A stretch of DNA of 30,487 bases from the IMG/VR virus record IMGVR_UViG_2049941000_000098. One strand, 5' to 3'. Position numbers and translations under genes: made by a program. This document shows, in pieces, positions 28,331-30,487 of this stretch (position 1 is the first letter of the stretch; every line of letters begins with the position of its first letter). A model generated the notes under the pieces. It saw nothing but the letters and a program-made list of their open reading frames with translations, was not told the DNA's origin and ran no database searches. Origin of the DNA: an uncultured virus (IMG/VR IMGVR_UViG_2049941000_000098) (lineage: Duplodnaviria > Heunggongvirae > Uroviricota > Caudoviricetes).

Positions 28331-28848
28331 TTATTCCCCGTAACCCATACCGATTTCCCAATGTATTCCGATGCCAAATTCGTATGGAGAACCATTTAGG
28401 TTAAATTCCCTTAATATGACATCCCGTGCTTCGGGGTAATCGTATATCCAATGTCCCGTCATCACATAATATTTGTTTTCTTCGTAATCGTAAAACACCC
28501 GTCCACGGGGTTTGTATCGATAATCACCGATGAACAAATTTATTTCGTCACTCGGGTGATATTTCCGATAATTGTATTCTTTCGCCCAAACGTATTTGTG
28601 CAATTCCGAACACGAAGCCAAACCGTCTTTGTCATATTTGTAGTTGGAATCACCATCCTTGGCTTTCACAACGCCGAAACATTCCTCCCGCGCGGGTGAA
28701 TACCAAAATATACCCACGCACGGTTTGTCTTCGTCNNNNNNNNNNNNNNNNNNNNNNNNNNNNNNNNNNNNNNNNNNNNNNNNNNNNNNNNNNNNNNNNN
28801 NNNNNNNNNNNNNNNNNNNNNCATTCCGTTCAATTTTTTCAAATTCAT
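28331..28848 (-). CDS. Hypothetical protein with VGIFWY / PRGRVFY motifs (gap inside)
   Basis: MNLKKLNGM...DEDKPCVGIFWY...; own promoter upstream. Confidence 0.7.
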
Positions 28849-28873
28849 AATAAAATCGTTGTTAAAAACATGG

Positions 28874-28904
28874 CAAATATAATAACGTTTTTGTTATGTG
28901 CAAC
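28874..28904 (-). promoter_or_regulatory. Promoter with TATATTTG (28874-28881)
   Basis: GTTGCACATAACAAAAACGTTATTATATTTGCC, close match to the promoter at 16387-16417. Confidence 0.75.
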
Positions 28905-28913
28905 AATTTGAAC

Positions 28914-28944
28914 AAAAAAATCCGCGCCCTTGCGAACGCGGATT
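28914..28944 (-). terminator. Intrinsic terminator of the capsid gene
   Basis: AATCCGCGTTC-GCAA-GGGCGCGGATT then a T run; GNRA loop. Confidence 0.85.
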
Positions 28945-28966
28945 CTTTCGTACCATTCCGTATCAA

Positions 28967-30487
28967 TTAGGCGTGTGAAAATTGAAGTTTCATCACGCAA
29001 TTCTTTTTGTGGAATTTGTATGCCTCCATCGACACGAACGACTGTTTTGCCTGAACGCCCATAACGACGGTATCGCTTGTGGTCAGCGGCATGTACATAC
29101 CCATGTAATAAGCCGCGTCGTAAAATTCTGAACCACGATAGGTCATAAAGCCCTCGTCGTTGTTCATGAACGGGTCGAAGAACACCATGAACGTACCGAT
29201 TTCACCAAGTTTGCGCGGTGACGAGAACGCCGATGTGTTACCTGATTCAGGTTTGAAATAGGTGTTCGGCAACGATTCGAGGAACGCCTTGAAATCGCGA
29301 CCGACAACAAGACGGTTGCCCGACATACGACCGCTTTCCAATTCGATAATGTTCGCAAAGTTGTTCAATGTTTCAAGAACCTTCTGAACTTTCACGTCAA
29401 TCGAATATGTGCTGTTCGACGGGATAACCACCTGACCGAGGTAATCGGCGGCAGTTGTCGAGTTCGGGGTATCACGGTTGTAAACCTGACATTTAGCGTA
29501 TGTACGCATCTCGTCCAAAATATACCTGACTTGGTACTGATACATAAGGTCGAGGCAACGGCGAAGGTTGTCTTTCTGAATGTCCTGACCAAATTGCGTT
29601 TTCTTGAGGTATTCGGCGAACAGAGTCCATTCAATCATCAGGGCGCGTTCTTTTGCTACCATTTCAACCTTTTCAACGTCCTCTTTTACGCGAGGAATGT
29701 TGTCGGTTGTGGCGTAATCAAGATTCCATACGTAGTTCGCTACGATTGAATCAATTGCCGATGTGGTAGTGAGTGTAATCAAACCTGTGTTGATGTCAAG
29801 CGACAGACCCGATTTCAGTGTGGTTGTACCCTCGGTGAAGAACGAAATGACACCGTTATTCTCGTTTGCGAATACATAGTTGGTTGCTGTTCCGCCAATG
29901 GTGATTGTCAGCAACAGTTTCTCTTTGTAGTCGTCAGCAAGATTGATAGGTGCGTATGCCAAAAGCGCGTTTGCGGTTGCGATGTCGGCAACGACTTTTG
30001 TTTCCGCACCGTCGGTGTCAAGGTAAACGATTTGGCTGTCGTCGGCAACGGCTGTACCACTGACACCGCCAACGATGTTTTCACCGAAAATTTCACCTGT
30101 CACATATTTGGCTTTCAACTGACGCATGCCGAGCGGAGTTTCAACCAATTCGCCAATTTGGGTCGGTGCTTTGTTTGTACCAGTTTTAAGTACGCTGAAG
30201 AACATCCACGCCAACGGTTTTTCCATTTCTTGCACACTAATCAAGTCTTTCAACGGAAACTCGGGATACCACGCTGTAATTAAAGGAAATACATCCATCA
30301 GCCAAGGTCCAAAATTCGATACGTGAGTAGCCTGTGCGAACGCGTCAGCGGCAGAGTCACTTACACGACCGAACGCGCGTACACATTTGTCATACGAACC
30401 GTGTTTTTCGGCGAAATTGGCAAGTAACTGTGCGGTCACGCCAAGTTCGTGAGCGTCAGCACCGTTCTCCTCAGCGTATTTCATATA
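28967..30487 (-). CDS. Major capsid protein, T4 gp23-like (5' end possibly outside the window)
   Basis: DLISVQEMEKP (cf. DICGVQPMNSP), VAKERAL (EAKSRQL), GRMSGNRLVV (GRGEGNFII), VFFDPF...YRGSEFYDAAYYMGMYMPL (VYIDQY...YKG..EMDAGIYYAPYVAL); strong terminator. Confidence 0.9.
   Translation of the reverse strand, partial: YMKYAEENGADAHELGVTAQLLANFAEKHGSYDKCVRAFGRVSDSAADAFAQATHVSNFGPWLMDVFPLITAWYPEFPLKDLISVQEMEKPLAWMFFSVLKTGTNKAPTQIGELVETPLGMRQLKAKYVTGEIFGENIVGGVSGTAVADDSQIVYLDTDGAETKVVADIATANALLAYAPINLADDYKEKLLLTITIGGTATNYVFANENNGVISFFTEGTTTLKSGLSLDINTGLITLTTTSAIDSIVANYVWNLDYATTDNIPRVKEDVEKVEMVAKERALMIEWTLFAEYLKKTQFGQDIQKDNLRRCLDLMYQYQVRYILDEMRTYAKCQVYNRDTPNSTTAADYLGQVVIPSNSTYSIDVKVQKVLETLNNFANIIELESGRMSGNRLVVGRDFKAFLESLPNTYFKPESGNTSAFSSPRKLGEIGTFMVFFDPFMNNDEGFMTYRGSEFYDAAYYMGMYMPLTTSDTVVMGVQAKQSFVSMEAYKFHKKNCVMKLQFSHA

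Noticed and set aside
397..30326. Numerous plus-strand ORFs in the track
   Set aside because: They are antisense shadows of minus-strand genes with no recognisable motifs.
1..30487. Stop-codon reassignment as in some gut phages
   Set aside because: Long genes are intact in the standard code; the breaks I traced coincide with N gaps.
1..30487. CRISPR array, tRNA or rRNA genes, integrase or transposase
   Set aside because: No regularly spaced repeats, cloverleafs or such motifs in the called bases; gaps cannot be assessed.

Overview
Gapped scaffold from a large, probably jumbo, tailed phage with a T4-gp23-type major capsid protein. The host is probably a member of Bacteroidota, judged from repeated TAnnTTTG (-7) promoter boxes, A-rich start regions without Shine-Dalgarno motifs and a Bacteroidota-style beta clamp. 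Essentially all genes lie on the minus strand in the standard code, and many are broken by N gaps. Recognisable genes are an SNF2-type helicase, an amino-DNA methyltransferase, DnaN, a radical SAM enzyme, YopX, a DnaA-domain-IV protein, an ABC ATPase, HNH, a MazG-like protein, RecA/UvsX, a DUF1064 nuclease, a probable SSB, a PLP enzyme split around an intervening contig, a Toprim protein, a possible gp13-like neck protein and the capsid protein. The main leads are: (1) a [VI]-x-D-[SG] motif at the capsid position where T4 gp23 is matured, which also recurs as a linker in two modular proteins and suggests Asp-directed prohead processing of interchangeable cargo domains; (2) a 5' hairpin with an invariant AUAG loop behind three promoters; (3) short promoter-to-terminator units that resemble antisense RNAs against start codons; (4) a coupled Cys-rich operon of unknown function; (5) a possible MTase/PLP/radical SAM DNA-modification set. 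All family calls come from motif recognition by eye; no searches were run.
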